The notes below the pieces were generated by a model. That model did no database searches, was not told where the DNA came from, and worked only from the letters and a program-made list of their open reading frames with translations. 64,000 nucleotides of DNA from Lama guanicoe (lineage: Eukaryota): NCBI GenBank assembly GCA_013239625.1, contig MU054001.1, forward strand, positions 6,745,078-6,809,077, given 5' to 3'. Shown here piece after piece: positions 36,801-50,825 of the stretch (positions within the stretch are counted from its first letter, which is position 1; every line of letters begins with the position of its first letter). A program made the translations under genes and the position numbers.

Positions 36801-36997
36801 ACCAGCCAGCATTATTCTTTGGAAGAGAGACTTGTATTGAAAAAAAAAAATCTAGGTGACCTTTCACTGCAGTTAATTTTGTTTCAACTTAACTTTCAGA
36901 AGTTAAGTATAGATATTTATAAATTCTAATAAGCAAAAGTTATAAGTTGGGCATTTGTGAAATTGGATGTGTTTTTTCCTGAACGTTGAAAGCTCAG

Positions 36998-37146
36998 ACA
37001 CTTTTTTGTTTTGTTTTGTTTTGATTTTGTTGGCGGGAGGTAATTAGAATTATTTATTTATTATTTAGTGAGGGTGCTGGGAATTGAACCCAGGACCTTG
37101 TGCATGCTAAGCACATACTCTACCACTGAACTACACCTTCCCTCCG
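36998..37146 (-). mobile_element. Camelid Vic-1-type SINE
   Basis: gggaattgaacccaggaccttgtgcatgctaagcacatactctaccactgaactacacc; flanking gacacttttttt repeat. Confidence 0.85.
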
Positions 37147-37766
37147 ACACTTTTTTTTTTTAATGCTTATTGAGTAACTTTTGCATTATTTAGTCTATAG
37201 TCTTAATAGTGTAATAATAAGCCAGCGTTAGCATTTGTTATTTGATTTACATTTATCTAAGCAAGTTTTGAATTTGAGGTGAGATAAAGCTTGTTTGTAC
37301 ATGTATGAAGCATGGGGTTTGAGCCCCTTTACTGGCTGAGCATTCCTGATTCAGTTTTATGTTGAACTTGGACCTTTCCCTCCCCCTGTTAGGATTATGT
37401 CTGGAGGAGACTCAAAGGTGATTCTATAGAATCCCAGTGGGCCTTCTACACTTTTTTGCTCAGAGGCAGGGTTAGGAAATGGGCCATAATTGTACAATAT
37501 GCCTGGTTTTGTTTTTGAAGCCTCAGCTGTGCCTTATGAACCATTGTTTTCCCAATTCCATTTCTTTACTGATAGAAATTTCTGGCATATTAATTGAAAC
37601 TAGCTAAATTTCCTTATATAATTTTAGGGAATTAGGGATGGTGGCAGTTTGGCTTTTGCAGCGAATGGTAGAATTAAGGTTTTGAAATTGATCCAAGGAA
37701 CATAGCACAGCAGACTGTGCCTCCATAATTTTTTAAAGGGATGTTTCTCGTGTGCTTTATTTGTAG

Positions 37767-37911
37767 GTGTTCCAGAGGGATGGAAATGATTTGCACATGA
37801 CATATAAGATAGGACTTGTTGAAGCTCTGTGTGGATTTCAGTTCACATTTAAGCACCTTGATGGACGTCAGATTGTGGTGAAATATCCCCCAGGCAAAGT
37901 AATTGAGCCAG
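37767..37911 (+). CDS. DNAJA2: DNAJA2 exon 7
   Basis: VFQRDGNDLHMTYKIGLVEALCGFQFTFKHLDGRQIVVKYPPGKVIEP. Confidence 0.98.
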
Positions 37912-38048
37912 GTAAATCTTGATTTCTGTCTAGTCCAAGATTCTGTGTAATTTTTTTACAATAGATGACTCTCAAAAGAATACTAGTAAGCACCTTTCTT
38001 CTTGGATAAAATTCTTAATACTTTCCTCTTTATTTACTGGAATAATAG

Positions 38049-38176
38049 GATGTGTCCGTGTAGTTCGAGGTGAAGGAATGCCGCAGTATCGTAATCCCTT
38101 TGAAAAGGGGGATCTTTACATAAAGTTTGATGTGCAGTTTCCTGAAAACAACTGGATCAACCCAGACAAGCTTTCT
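38049..38176 (+). CDS. DNAJA2: DNAJA2 exon 8
   Basis: CVRVVRGEGMPQYRNPFEKGDLYIKFDVQFPENNWINPDKLS. Confidence 0.98.
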
Positions 38177-38767
38177 GTAAGTGGTCTCTAAATTTAGGCA
38201 ACAGATGACTTAAAGTTTAATGATAATTGTGTTTCTTGTTCACCTCCCATTTGTTTTTAGTGCTAAGACTGGATCACGCAATTTGTTAAATTTTACCTTT
38301 TAGATATTTGAGTGGTGAATAAGCTGCCCTGTTATTAAAGCAAAGATAGCTGATGTAAAAGTTGATGGGGCTAAGCAGGGAATATAGTAAAGGAGTAAAG
38401 CAGACTGGGTGTGAGGTAGTGATGGGAGGATTGGGGCCCCCTGGAGAGCAGATATCTCATCTGAAGAGGGCAGTTCCCCAGCTTAGCATCTGCTGATCAT
38501 GCAGGAAGGCATGTCTGGTGTGAAATTTTCTAGTGTTTAAATGTTGGCAACTAGTTCCAGTTTTTGTTTTCTAAGCAGTAAATGAGTTGCACAAAAGGTG
38601 TCTGCAGATTTGGTCTGTGGGTCATCCATTTGTGATCTCTGGCTTATAGTACAAAGATTTTATTTTAACTGTCAGAGAAGCATATACAGTGAATTATATC
38701 AAAAAAGAAGTTCATGATCAGTGAAGACACCTTCCAACTAACCTACTTTTTGTTTCTTTTAATGAAG

Positions 38768-38959
38768 GAACTAGAAGATCTTCTGCCATCTAGACCAGAA
38801 GTTCCAAACATAATTGGAGACACAGAGGAGGTAGAGCTTCAGGAATTTGATAGCACTCGGGGCTCAGGAGGTGGTCAGAGGCGTGAAGCCTATAATGATA
38901 GCTCTGATGAAGAAAGCAGTAGCCATCATGGACCAGGAGTGCAATGTGCCCATCAGTAA
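38768..38959 (+). CDS. DNAJA2: DNAJA2 exon 9 (coding part), CAAX box CAHQ
   Basis: ELEDLLPSRPEV...GPGVQCAHQ*; exon lengths sum to 1239 nt = 412 aa plus stop. Confidence 0.98.
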   Translation, partial: ELEDLLPSRPEVPNIIGDTEEVELQEFDSTRGSGGGQRREAYNDSSDEESSSHHGPGVQCAHQ

Positions 38960-40720
38960 ACTCTGCAAACAAATTGCACAGGTGGATTTTGTTTCCACGT
39001 TTGCCTGGTTTGTTTTCCGCAATCCAGCTGGAGAGTCTGGAGAGATGAACTGATGGACATCTGTTGGTCTATGTGTAACTTTTAAAATTGGTATAGTATC
39101 TACAGAGTGTATAATTTAAACTAACCACAAAGCTTTACATCTTCATTTTGACTGTTCTGTAGCAGAATAAAGCACTTGAAAGGAAATAAGACTCCCTTTC
39201 ACACATGGGTTATAAGTTTCAATCCTGGTATCTGTGCTTGATTTTTATCAGTTTTGTGTAGATTTTATGTTTCATATTTTAAATTCATATCCCACATTGT
39301 AAAGTTTGTGTACAATTTGTCCTGAAGCTTTGTGTTTGGCTGCACCTGCATAAGCTGCTACAAATAGAATAAAGAATTTCATAGCCTGTATCTATCATTT
39401 AGATGCATGGAAAAAATGGGCTTTGCACACAATGGGTTTGGAGCTGACTGGGAACAATGGAAAAAAGTAACATTAGTTGAGTTGTGGTTGTAAAATTTTT
39501 CAGTTTTTTTTTTCCCCTTTCTTTTCTTTTTTCTTTTCTTTTTTTCTTTTTTTCTTTTTTTTTTTTACCATCTTGTGAAAGGTTTCTGAAATGCGATAAT
39601 AAAAAGCAGTTGATGTAAATTACTCTTTGTCTTACATTTTTAGAAGGAAGAACATATTTTGAACTGTAAAGTGTATCCTTAAACTGGAGAATGTATCCTT
39701 AGTTCTGCTTCTTAAACAGCCCTTAAAAACCCATTGGTCTGAAGCTTATGCCTCAGGCACATGCCCATTTTATAGTTCTAAAAGGCAAAAGAAAGTTTGA
39801 TAATGTTGGTAGAAACAGGCTTTATTGGCTTCAATTAATGCTTTGTAGAGTCAAGGACATCTGAGTTATGTAACTCATAAGTAAGTTATGATCCCGAGCA
39901 CTGGGGCCAGGTTAACCTAGCCTCTGTATCTCCCCACTCCACCGCCTTTTTGAAAAATAAGGTAACAGCAAATCAACATTAGAACCATGTCTGCATAGAA
40001 CCTGTCAAAATGCTCTGTTTTCATTAAATGTTAAGTTAAAGATTCTCTTGTCTCTATTAAATTGAATATTTGAGATTGGGGGAAGCATTGATTATTACTA
40101 CTATTTTACAGAAAAGTAAGACTGATAGGCTGGTATGAGAAAAATCAGGTAAAACTGCTATGAAAAGGATGTTGTATCACTCTTTCATCTTTTATTACCC
40201 TCCTTTCATTCCCAGAGTAGGTATTTTTAGCACACACTTTAATTTTAGGGAAGAGACATCAATGGCACATTTTACATTTGTAAAAGAACAAATGAGAGAA
40301 AACTGAAAACTAAAAATTTAAAATGTATTATGCCATCCCTGGGCCTAATTGTAGTACTTGTAGTTTATTTCTAGGTGGACTAGAACCTAAATGAAAAAAA
40401 AAAAAAAAAAGGGTGTCCTGGCATCGATCAGGGCCTGTAAGTTTTAAATTATTGCCCTGTCCACTCTACCTCCATTGTACAAAATCTTTTACAACCAGCC
40501 TGGGCAAGATGCAACAGCATAGTAGTTTTGTATTCAAGGTTACTTCCTCATAACCACTTAAAGCATAAGAAATGCAGTGGCAATACAAAGTTTGTAGCCT
40601 TTCCAATAAAGGTTTATAAAACAGTTGTTCAGTGTAGTTTTTCTTTCAGTTCTACCCAGGCTTTTTGACTACAGTAGGGAAAGCCATGTGGAAGGGAATA
40701 AAATCTTTTAAGATCTGTTA
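38960..40720 (+). other. DNAJA2: DNAJA2 3' UTR with several poly(A) signals
   Basis: AATAAA at 39166, 39368, 39598, 40605 and ~40697; U-rich tract at ~39504-39566. Confidence 0.75.
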
Positions 40721-40794
40721 TTTAACTCAGTCTACTGGCTCTACTTTGTAGGGCATCTGTCTGGAGAATAAACATACAGTATCACCAGTACAAA

Positions 40795-41740
40795 GAATCT
40801 TGTAACAGCTTTATTGAAATATTCATATACCATTAAATCTACTTTTTTTTTAAAAAACGTGCAATTCAGTGGTTCATAGAGTTTTGCAATCATCACTGCT
40901 GATTTCAAAACATTTTCGTCACCCCAGAAAAGAAACCTTAAATCCATTGGTATTTACTCCCCATTCCAATCCCCAGCCCCTGGTACAATCACTAATCCAG
41001 TTTCTGTTTCTAAGTATTTACCTATTTCGGACATTTTCTCTATAAAATGGAATCACAGTATATGTGGCCTTTTGTGAATGTTCATTTATTATGTTTTCAA
41101 GTTTCATCCCTGTCAGCACTGAAATAGCATCACTTTCATTTTTATGGCCAAATAATATTCCATTGTATAGATACACCATACATTGGTTTGCCCATCCATC
41201 AGCTTGTGGACATTCGAGTTTTTTCCATTTGAAATAATGCTGCTGTGAACATTCATGTACAAATTTTCATGATATGTTTTCAATTCTTCAGGATAAACCT
41301 AGGAGTGGAATTGCTGGGTCACCTGGTTACCTTAATCTTTTAAAGAACTGCCAAACTTTTCCCAAAAAACTGCACCATTTTACAGTTCTACCAACAATGT
41401 ATGAAAGTTTCAGGCTTTACACATAACTGCCCACATTCGTTACCTGGTCTTTTTAATATAGCTGTCCTAGTGGGTATGAAGTGGTTTTGATTTGCATTTG
41501 CCTAATGAGTGATGATGTTAAGCATCTTCTCATATGCTACTGGACATTTGTGTGGAGAAATGTCTATGCAAATCCATTTCCCGTACTTTATTCAATAGAT
41601 TTTCTTAGTTTCTAGCCTATTTCTGTTCCAGGATGCCATATTACAATTAGTTACATTTGCTGTAACAGTTGTCAGATTTTCTTTGTTTTTGGGTGATGAC
41701 CTAGACAATCTTGAAGACTGTCAGATATTTTACAGAAATA
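40795..41740 (-). mobile_element. Old LINE-1 3' region (L1M-like)
   Basis: aacagctttattgaaatattcatatacc...ggagtggaattgctgggtca...gtgggtatgaagtgg. Confidence 0.8.
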
Positions 41741-41817
41741 AGGAGCAGTGTAGTATTAATGTTACTTATGTAGAAGTTGCTTCTAACAGTACGAGCTGCT
41801 GGAATGAACCAGTATAA

Positions 41818-42437
41818 TGTTTAAAAGTAGAACCTGTTTCCTCTACTCAGCACTTCTGATACTACCTGGAGTTAATGCAGACCCCACAAGTTAAGGGCTT
41901 ACTCCCACAAGGTTGCCTCGTCTTCAGACACCAACCAAGTACCAGGTTGTCATCTGTACTTCTGACCAACTGGTTATAAATCAGGGGTACCCACAACCCT
42001 CTCCTCAGGTTCAGTGGTTTGCTAGAATGGTTCATAGAACTCAGGAACACTTTACTTACTAGAGTACCAGTTTATTGTAAGAGATACAACTCAGGAACAG
42101 CCTAGTGGAATAGGGCATAATCATTGGTCATTGATGACTGAACTCAGTCTCAGCCCCTCCCCCCTACCCAGAGGTCTAGGGGTTGGGCTGAAAGTTCCAA
42201 CCATCAACCCTCTTAGCATATGGTTGGTTCCTGTGGTAGCCAACCCCCAGGAGAGAGGGCTGTGCAACCCTCCCTTCAGGAGTCACCTCATTAACATAAA
42301 CCCAAGAATGGTTGAAAGGGGCTTCTTACGAATTAAAAAGACGCTCCCTTCACCCCTATCAGGAAATTCCAAGGGTTTTAGGAGTTCTGTGCCAGGAATC
42401 AGGGACAAAGACCAAATGTACTTTTCTTATGCTATCC
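41818..42437. mobile_element. MER21-like LTR
   Basis: cagaccccacaagttaagggc...tacttctgaccaactggttataaatcagggg...ggaaattccaagggttttaggag. Confidence 0.7.
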
Positions 42438-42499
42438 CAGGATCATAGTGTTACTTCAGTGAGACACTTAAGCACAACACTGTTGTGTGTTGCAAACTG

Positions 42500-44680
42500 T
42501 AAAGACGTGTGTAAAAGTTTCTAATAGTCCTACTTGCATGAATGAATCAGTAGTGTTATTTCAGTGAAACATAAACTGCTCCCATCATCTGCCCACCTTT
42601 TGCTTAGTTGTTTAATTCCAATATACATATATGGTAGTATCAGAATTGTTAGCCCATGCCCCCATAGGAAAAACTATCAACCACAGTACAGTGCTAAGTG
42701 TAGTTTCTTTTACCTTTAATCTTACAGACTCCGTTTCCAAAGTTACTTAGGTCAGCACCCTCCCCACACCCGCTTCCGCAAGATTGTTTCTTACGTTTGT
42801 AATGCAGTTAAATTGTGTGGTTGCATTCTACACCCTGTCCTAGGAACAGTCCCACCACCACCCCCTAAATGATTTTTTTAATCTGCATACATTAAGGGTC
42901 ACTTTGTGCTGTAAAGTCCAATATGTCTTGACAAATGCATAGTGTCATGCATTTATTAATACAGTGTCATACAGAATAGTTTCACCTTCCTGAGAAAATC
43001 CCCTGGACTTCACCTATTCAACTCCTCTCATCTCTCCCTCCTGAAACCATGACTATTACTTCTTACTGTTTTTCCTTTTCCAGAATCTCATATAATTAGA
43101 GTCATACAGTATGTAGCCTTTTCAGTCTGACTTTCACTTAGCAATATGCATTTAAGATGTGTTCATATCTTTTGTGGCTTGATTGCTCATTTCTTGCTAT
43201 TGCTGAAAAAGATTCCATTTTATGGATGTACCACAGTTTATTTTTTTTTCCCCTTGGTTGTCTTCACTTTCTTGATAGTATCCTTTGAAGCACAGTGCTT
43301 TAAAATTTTTATTAAGTCCAATTTATCTATTTTTTTCTTTTGTTGCTTATGTCATATACAAAATGTATAGCACTAGAGATGAACTTCAGTGTTCACTGTG
43401 GTATATAGTAGCTGCTTTTTTACATACAACAGGCTCTGGGAAGTACACAGGACATTGTAGATCTTATTTGGTAATTGATAATTTACTTGAGAAGCCTACA
43501 CAAAGTTACTATTCAACAATAATATCAATTATTTCTTATGTATTCGCCCCAAGTACTGATTATACTCACCCACATTCTTTTTTTCTTCCAATTTTATTGA
43601 AATACAATTGATATACACCGCTGTATAAATTTAAGGTGAACAGCATAATACTTTGACTTACATTGATCATGAAATGATAACCATAGTAAGTTTAGTGAAC
43701 TTCCATCATCCTGCATAGATAACAACGTTAAAGGAATCGAAAAAAATTTTTTCCTTGTGATGAGAACTCTCAGGATTTACTCTCTTTCATATGTAACGTA
43801 CAGCAGTGTTAATTATACTTATCAGGTTGTACCTTTCATCCCTAGAAATTATTCATCTTATGACTGGAAGTGTGTACCCTTTGACTGTCTTCATCCAGTT
43901 CCCATTCCCCCTCCCCTTGCCTCTGGTAATCACAAGTCTGACCTCTTTGGCTCTGAGTCTGTTTCTTTTTAAAGTAGAATTGACCTACAACACCATGTTA
44001 GTTCCTGGTACACAACACAGTGATTTGACATTTTTGTACATTTCAAAACGATCACCATGATAAATCTAGTTGTCATCTGTCACATACCAAAGAAATTATG
44101 TAATTATTGACTATACTCCTCACACTGTACATTCCATAACTGTGACTCATTTATTTTGTAACTGAAAGTTTGTTACCTCTTAATCTGCCTCACTTGTTTC
44201 TCTCATCCCAACACCTCCCATCCCTACTGGCAACCACCTGTTTATTCTCTATATCTATGACACTGTGTTTAGTTATGTTTTCTCATTTGATTTTTTAGAT
44301 CCCACATATACGTGAAATCGTACAGCATTTGTCTTCATCTGACTTATTTCACTTAGCATAACACTCTCTAGGTCCATCCATGTCGCAAATGGCAAGATTT
44401 CATTCCTTTTCATGGCTGAGTGATAGTCCACTCTCACACACAGATATATATATTATATTCCACATTTTTATACATTTATCTATTGATAGGCACTTGGGTT
44501 GCTTCCATATCTTGGCTATTGTAAGTAATGCTGCAATGAACATAGGGTGCATATATCTTTTCAAATTAGTGTTTTTGTTTTCTTTGGGAAAATACCCAGA
44601 AATGGCATTGCTGGATCATATGGTCATTCTATTTTTAATTTTTTGAGGAATCTCCATATATTTTCCATACTGGCTTCTAT
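42500..44680 (-). mobile_element. Several nested LINE-1 3' fragments
   Basis: L1MC-like text at 42500-43330; L1 3' ends beginning ttttattgaaatacaattg (~43591) and aaagtagaattgacctacaac (~43971). Confidence 0.75.
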
Positions 44681-47534
44681 ACCCACCCATTTTCTTGCCT
44701 TACCTTGCTAACCCATTTTCTTACGCCACACCTTACTACCTTGGAAGTTTTTATATTCTTTCATTGTTAAGTAAACACATTCTATATTAATATAAATAGC
44801 TGAAGTTTCATTATAAAGAGATGCATGTAATCTAATAGTTACTCCAGAAGTATTGTGATTAATTTATCTCCAATTGCAAGAGATTTGATAAAATTCTGAA
44901 GCCCACATAATCGAGCACAGACTTCTAGAGAATGTTGTTAATATGATTCTTATTTGTTTTTAATTTCTGAAAGTTCAGTTAAATCTCTGGTCAAAGTGGA
45001 CCAGTTGAGTCAAGCTAAAGATACTAGAAGACCTGACTTCTCAGCTGTAGGAAGAAAAGGGCCTGAGAAAGCTCTTTAACAGGGGTAGATTGAGAACCTT
45101 CAGTGATGTACTTTAGCAGTCAATGTGTGAACAGCTAATCCCCTCTTGTAAGCCACAAATTATTTTTTCTGTTAGGAAGGCAGTACACGATTATTTAAAA
45201 AATCAAACATCACAGAACTATATGACTCAGAATAATGAATAACTCACCATTCCTCTCAAACCCCATACTCATCAGACTATCAATACAAACAGATGGGTTT
45301 TTATTTTTCAAGATTTTCTTAACTGCATATACAACCAAATCTCCCACCTTTAGTCCTATTTACAGATGCAACCACTTTTACCAATTTCTCGTGTGTGTGT
45401 ATGTAAAAATGGGATACAATTTATTTTACAGCTTTTCTTTGGTCTTATTATTCCTTTGTCATATTTGCATACTAATACATAAAGCTTTGTGTCTTCATTT
45501 TAATGATCTCAAAGTTCTGTTGTTTGGATGAACCATTATTCATTCTTCTATTGAAGATATTTGGATTATTTCCAACTATTTCTCATTACAAACAATGATG
45601 TGCATATCTTCATAAATATTCTTTGTGCATTTGTATACAATGCACCGATTACAAAGCTAAGCTTCTAGTGCAAAGAACACTGGCACATAGTAGAACCTAA
45701 AGAAATATTTACTGAATGAAGGAAATGCCTCTTGATCATCTCAGCCAAAGGTAAGATCTGGAGGATCTAAAACAATGACCTAAATCCCTGAAAAGGAACT
45801 CTAAAAAATAATACATCCCTGTTAGTATACCAGAACCGGGGGGGCAGAACCAAAATGTGCTTGAAATCAATATAATCCAACAGTATTAGACACCAGCAAA
45901 TTTCTTAACATCTTCACCACCAAGGACCTCATACTGAAATATTATTTTGCTTGCCAAACAAGTTATGATCACTCACATTTTTACTTTATTAAGGCACAAT
46001 TTTCAGTCTGAAGGCTCTAATGTAACTCACAGTGAAACCAAAGCCATAAAATGGGAATCTGTATTCAAAGTGTCCTCTACTTTGGAGGACATAAGCTTCA
46101 TCAAGGAGAATGCCTGTGTAGGCCACCTCCTGAGACACCAGAGGTACCCTTTTCAAGGAAACACCCAGCTAAAGACAGCCCAGTACCCAGACTCGTGTAC
46201 TAAGCCTGACGCCCTGGAAAGTGGGCTTCCTATATGGGCAGTTGGCTTCAGCTGGACTCAGTCTCCAGGGTTCTGGCCTTGTTCAGGCATCGAAAAGGTG
46301 GATTCTACAGAGCTCACCAGGAGGGCTGAGTTATTTCCCTGGAGGCATAGCTGATGTCTTGTTCCCAGTGCTTTTGAAGACCAGGCTCTCCAAACAAGCC
46401 TGTCAGTGCAGATAGCAGTGGCATGACAGGACAACATGGTAACACCCTATTCTATTCTTGTGCCCACCCCGTTGACCCAGGGATGTCCTGTTTAAGCATC
46501 TTAGGTTCTGGGTCCTCTCTCGCTTGATCCTAGACATTAGTCAATAGCTAGGTATCCAAAATTATCATCCTTGGAAAGACAGACAGTTCTGGATATTCCC
46601 TGTGTATCCCAACAGTCTAGAGGCGTCCACAGTAGTGGCCCCGTTATAGGTCTTCATGCTGTGAATGCTTCATTTCTTGCTATCAAAGAAAAGAGATTTA
46701 ACTGTTGGTTAGGCTCTTGTCATAGCTGATGCTTCAGAGATGGGAAAGTTCCAAGACCAAGGATGGAAAAGCAGGATTTCCACTGACCATCTCTGCCCTC
46801 ACTTCTTGAGATACCCTCTGCGGCTTTGGCCTCAAAGAGCTTGTCCACAGAGCTTCCTTGTCTTTCCCCATGTTTACTCACTATTGATTACATTTGTTCA
46901 ACACAAGATTCCTTAAACTATTTAATATTTGGTCCACATACAATATTGAGAATTCCTTTGCCAATGGTATACATTTTTATCTGACCAAGACGTCTCAAAT
47001 CATGAGTTTATAACGGTTGATTAACTTTCTGCTAACACCGATCAGTACATATTTACATCTAAGACATCCTGTGATTGCAATGAACAAAAACATACCAGTT
47101 ATAAGAAGCACCTCTGGAGGGGACAGTCCGTATACATAACGCATTGTCTTGTTGAAAATCCAAGAGTCTTGATCCACGGACAATTATGAGTCCAGAGGTC
47201 TGTCTGTTAAGAGTTGGCACAAAAGACGTCAGCAAATAAAAAAGTGAGACCTCAGCACGCAAGCGCTGCAGTGTACAGTGCCTACTTTTTGAATCCTGAG
47301 TTTGAATTCCTGATATAGTAGACCCACAAAGAGAAAAAACCTTTACTTGTTCTGACCACATAGCCTGGGTCCCTGGCCCACGTGGGTCACCTCATTTCTC
47401 TTTGCCTAAAGAGGACAAAATAGGCAGACCATGTCCAAAGTGTTAGGGGCTTATAATGGGCATTTTTTATATTTGTCTACTTTCATTCAACCCCTTCTCT
47501 CTGGGTACTCATACTCTGGTTTTCCTCTATAGCT

Positions 47535-47748
47535 GAGGACAGCAAACTACTGCCCATGGGTCAAATCTAGCCCGTTTTTGTAAACACAGTTTTCCTGGAA
47601 CACAGCCATACTCATTATTTTACGTATGTCTCTGCTGCTTTTGTGCTTCCACAGCAGGGCTGAGCAGTGACAGCAAAGACCTTGTGTCTGTAAAGCACCA
47701 AATATTTACTCTCTGCCCTTTTGCAGGCAAAGGTGGCCTACTTCTGCT
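47535..47748. mobile_element. MER58A-like hAT element
   Basis: gcaaactactgcccatgggtcaaatctagccc...ggaacacagccatactcatt...aaatatttactctctgccctttt. Confidence 0.7.
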
Positions 47749-50700
47749 CCAAGGGACCACTGCCTTCCTCACCCTCAGTTCTTATGAATTAGAGCGAGTT
47801 AAGGTTGGGTTTTCCATCACTTGGCAACAGAGTCCTACCTGACACAGGGGTAGCCCAGCCCAAATCACTCCCGCGGACAGACAGGCTCAGCCAGACGAAG
47901 CTCGCCATCTCCCTTTACACCTCAGGGTGTGGACAGCGTCATCAAAGCCAATCAGCAGCACGGAATGACTGACACGCGCCAGGCTCAGCGCTTAGTGTTT
48001 TACACCTGTTACATCATGTGAAACCGACAAGAACCCTGTAAAGTAGAAATTATTATTGCCCCTGTTTGCAGGTAATGAAGCCAAATCTCAGCGATATTAA
48101 GACGTTTCAGAAGGGGCACATGGCCAGTTCAAGTTCAAACTCCCAAAGCCGAGGCTCTTCAATACGATGCTATACAACCACATCGGCAGCCCAGCAGCTC
48201 TTTCTCCACATCCCAGCAGCAGTCCTGTGTGGGGCTCCCACTGGCCTGCCATTGGTCAATCCCGGAACCAATCACTGGGGTCAGGGCACCAGGCTGGGTC
48301 ACACGTTCAACTGTGAGCCTGAGGTGGGCCATTCTCACCTAAAGATGTGACCTGGACAGTGACAGTGCCAGCATTTTCGTATAGAAGGGCTTGGGACTAG
48401 AAGGTGGTGGCATTTTACGTGTTTCCGAAACATCAGTTGTCCACATTTGTAGGGGTTGGGCAGGGGGAGCCCTGGAGGTGGTGTGTTGCCTCCCCTCCTG
48501 GCCTTGGTGCTTCTGTCCTTTGTCACTTGTGACCAGCTGGAACATTGGGAGGTCATCCCAGAGGACCGGTTCTGACAGAGAGATGTGCGCCTGTCAGGGG
48601 TGGGGCTTGCAGGGCGGAATCTCAGTTTCCTTCCCTGCAACCTGGTCAGAAAGAGTCTGATCTGGCTATTACAGCAGTCAAAGAGTCAAAATGACTACCA
48701 GAAGGCATACAAAGTGATAACGTACCAGAAAGGCTCATCTGTAGGTGGAAACCTGCTCAGTGAGCTACAAGGAGACAAGCTCTCCCCTGACTAGGATCTG
48801 GTGTGCACATCCACCCCACCCACCACCCATCCCACCCTTGCACAGAATCTCTAAATTGACTTAGTCATATAATTGGCACAAGTCCATAATCTCTGTCTAA
48901 TCCATTGTTGTCCGTCTTGGTGAGGTTTCAAAGACTAGGTGCTCTGTTATGTGTTCCTGGTATCAGGCATTGTTTAGGGACTGTGCGCCCAGATGTTTTC
49001 GCATTTTCATTGTACAAAGCTGAAATGTGACTTAGAGATGGGCTCAGCTGCTAAATTAAAGGACAGGGATTTGCTTTTAAAAAAAAAAAAAAAAGCACTG
49101 CCAGTAGGTATCGGATAGGTGACTAGCTCCCCCTGGTGCTTAAACATTTTTTTCATCTGGAAATTCCCTTTCTGGGCCTTTATCTTTAGGGAAATGATGA
49201 TTGTGCAACAAAACTCAGTAGAAGAATGTTCATTGAAATATTATGATTATAAAGAACTGGAAATTACCCGAACATCCCATTAAACTTTGTTATACTCATT
49301 CAATGCATAGTATGCAGTGCTAAAAAAATGTTGTAAAGAATATTTTATGGCATGGTGTTAGTTATATAATAGAAAATGCATTATTCAAATATATGCCTCT
49401 GTAACTGTTCTGATAGGCTGTATATGAAGTTGAAAATAATGATTTTTCTTTGTATTTGTGGTTTATATGGTATTTAAAAATGTTTTTATTATGAAAATAC
49501 ATGCAAAGTATAATAATAAAATGAACCTCTATACATCCATTACCCCAATTCATTAATTATCATCAATATTTGGCCACATTTGCTTCACCCGTTTTTGCAA
49601 ACTGACTTTTCTCTCTCCTGAAGAATTTTAAAGCAAATATCAGACATCACTGAATTTTGTCTCTATATACTTCAATACACACCTTTAAAAAGGTCATCCT
49701 TTGTGTTTTTACAGTGCCATTATCATACCTAACAAATAAACAATAAACAGTTTCATTTCTGCTACCTGGATTATATTCACATTTCCATTAGTGATTTTTC
49801 TTTTCTTTTTTCTTATCTGTGTTTTCTAATTTTTTTAAACAATTAAAAAAAAGCAATTAAAAAAAAGCAATTAAAGCAAATTAAAAAAAATCCTTTGACT
49901 TATATATTTTTTTCAGGAACACATTGATTGCATTGAGCAATTAAATGCTAAATATGATGGGTCCAGCAAAGTTCTAAAGACTAATAAGGGTTTGCAACTT
50001 TTTAGCTGCTTAATGATTCTTAAGAATTCTTCTTAAAGATCTGCCAGTTTAAGTATTTTAGGACAGAAAAATATTATGAGGAAAAATCTTTTATTTTTAA
50101 GGGAAGCCAGAGACATGGAAACAGAAAGAAAGTGAGAGAGACTGATTTCTGTAGTCAAATACTAGTCAGGTACGGCACTGTCTCAAGGTTACCCATTAGG
50201 CCACTGCTCCTGTTCAAAATCCACATTCCCACCTTCAAACAAAACTAGCCCAGCCTCCCTTACTGCTCTGGTAAATCCGGCCACAGCTGTGGGCAGCTGT
50301 GGTCACACCACTTCCTCTTCCCACTTCCCTGTACTAAAATTCAGGCTGAGCAGTTTGTTTGAACATCTATCCACCATATACATATATATGATTTTATGAG
50401 ATCTATGTTCTGAAAATGTTTCCTCCCAGTCTGTGGCTCGTCTTTTAATTTCCTAATGGTATCCTTTAAAAAATAGAAGTTCTTAATTTTGATGTGATTC
50501 AGTTTATCAATTTTTTCTTTTATGAGCTGTGCCTTTTTTGTTCTAAGAAATATTCACATCATAAGTCGCCAAGATTTTTGCTTAGGTTTTCCTCCAGAAG
50601 ATTTATTGTTTTAGCGCTTACATTTAGGTTTGTGATCCACCCCAAATTTTGCGTGTGTGTGAAGTAGGAGTTGAAGTTCATTTGTTGTAGCACTATTTGT

Positions 50701-50792
50701 TGAAGAGACTTCCCTTTTCCACTGTATCAGTTTAGCATGCTTGTCAAAAATTATTGTGTCAACATGGGTGTGTCAGAAATATAGCTGTATAT

Positions 50793-50825
<33 letters not shown>

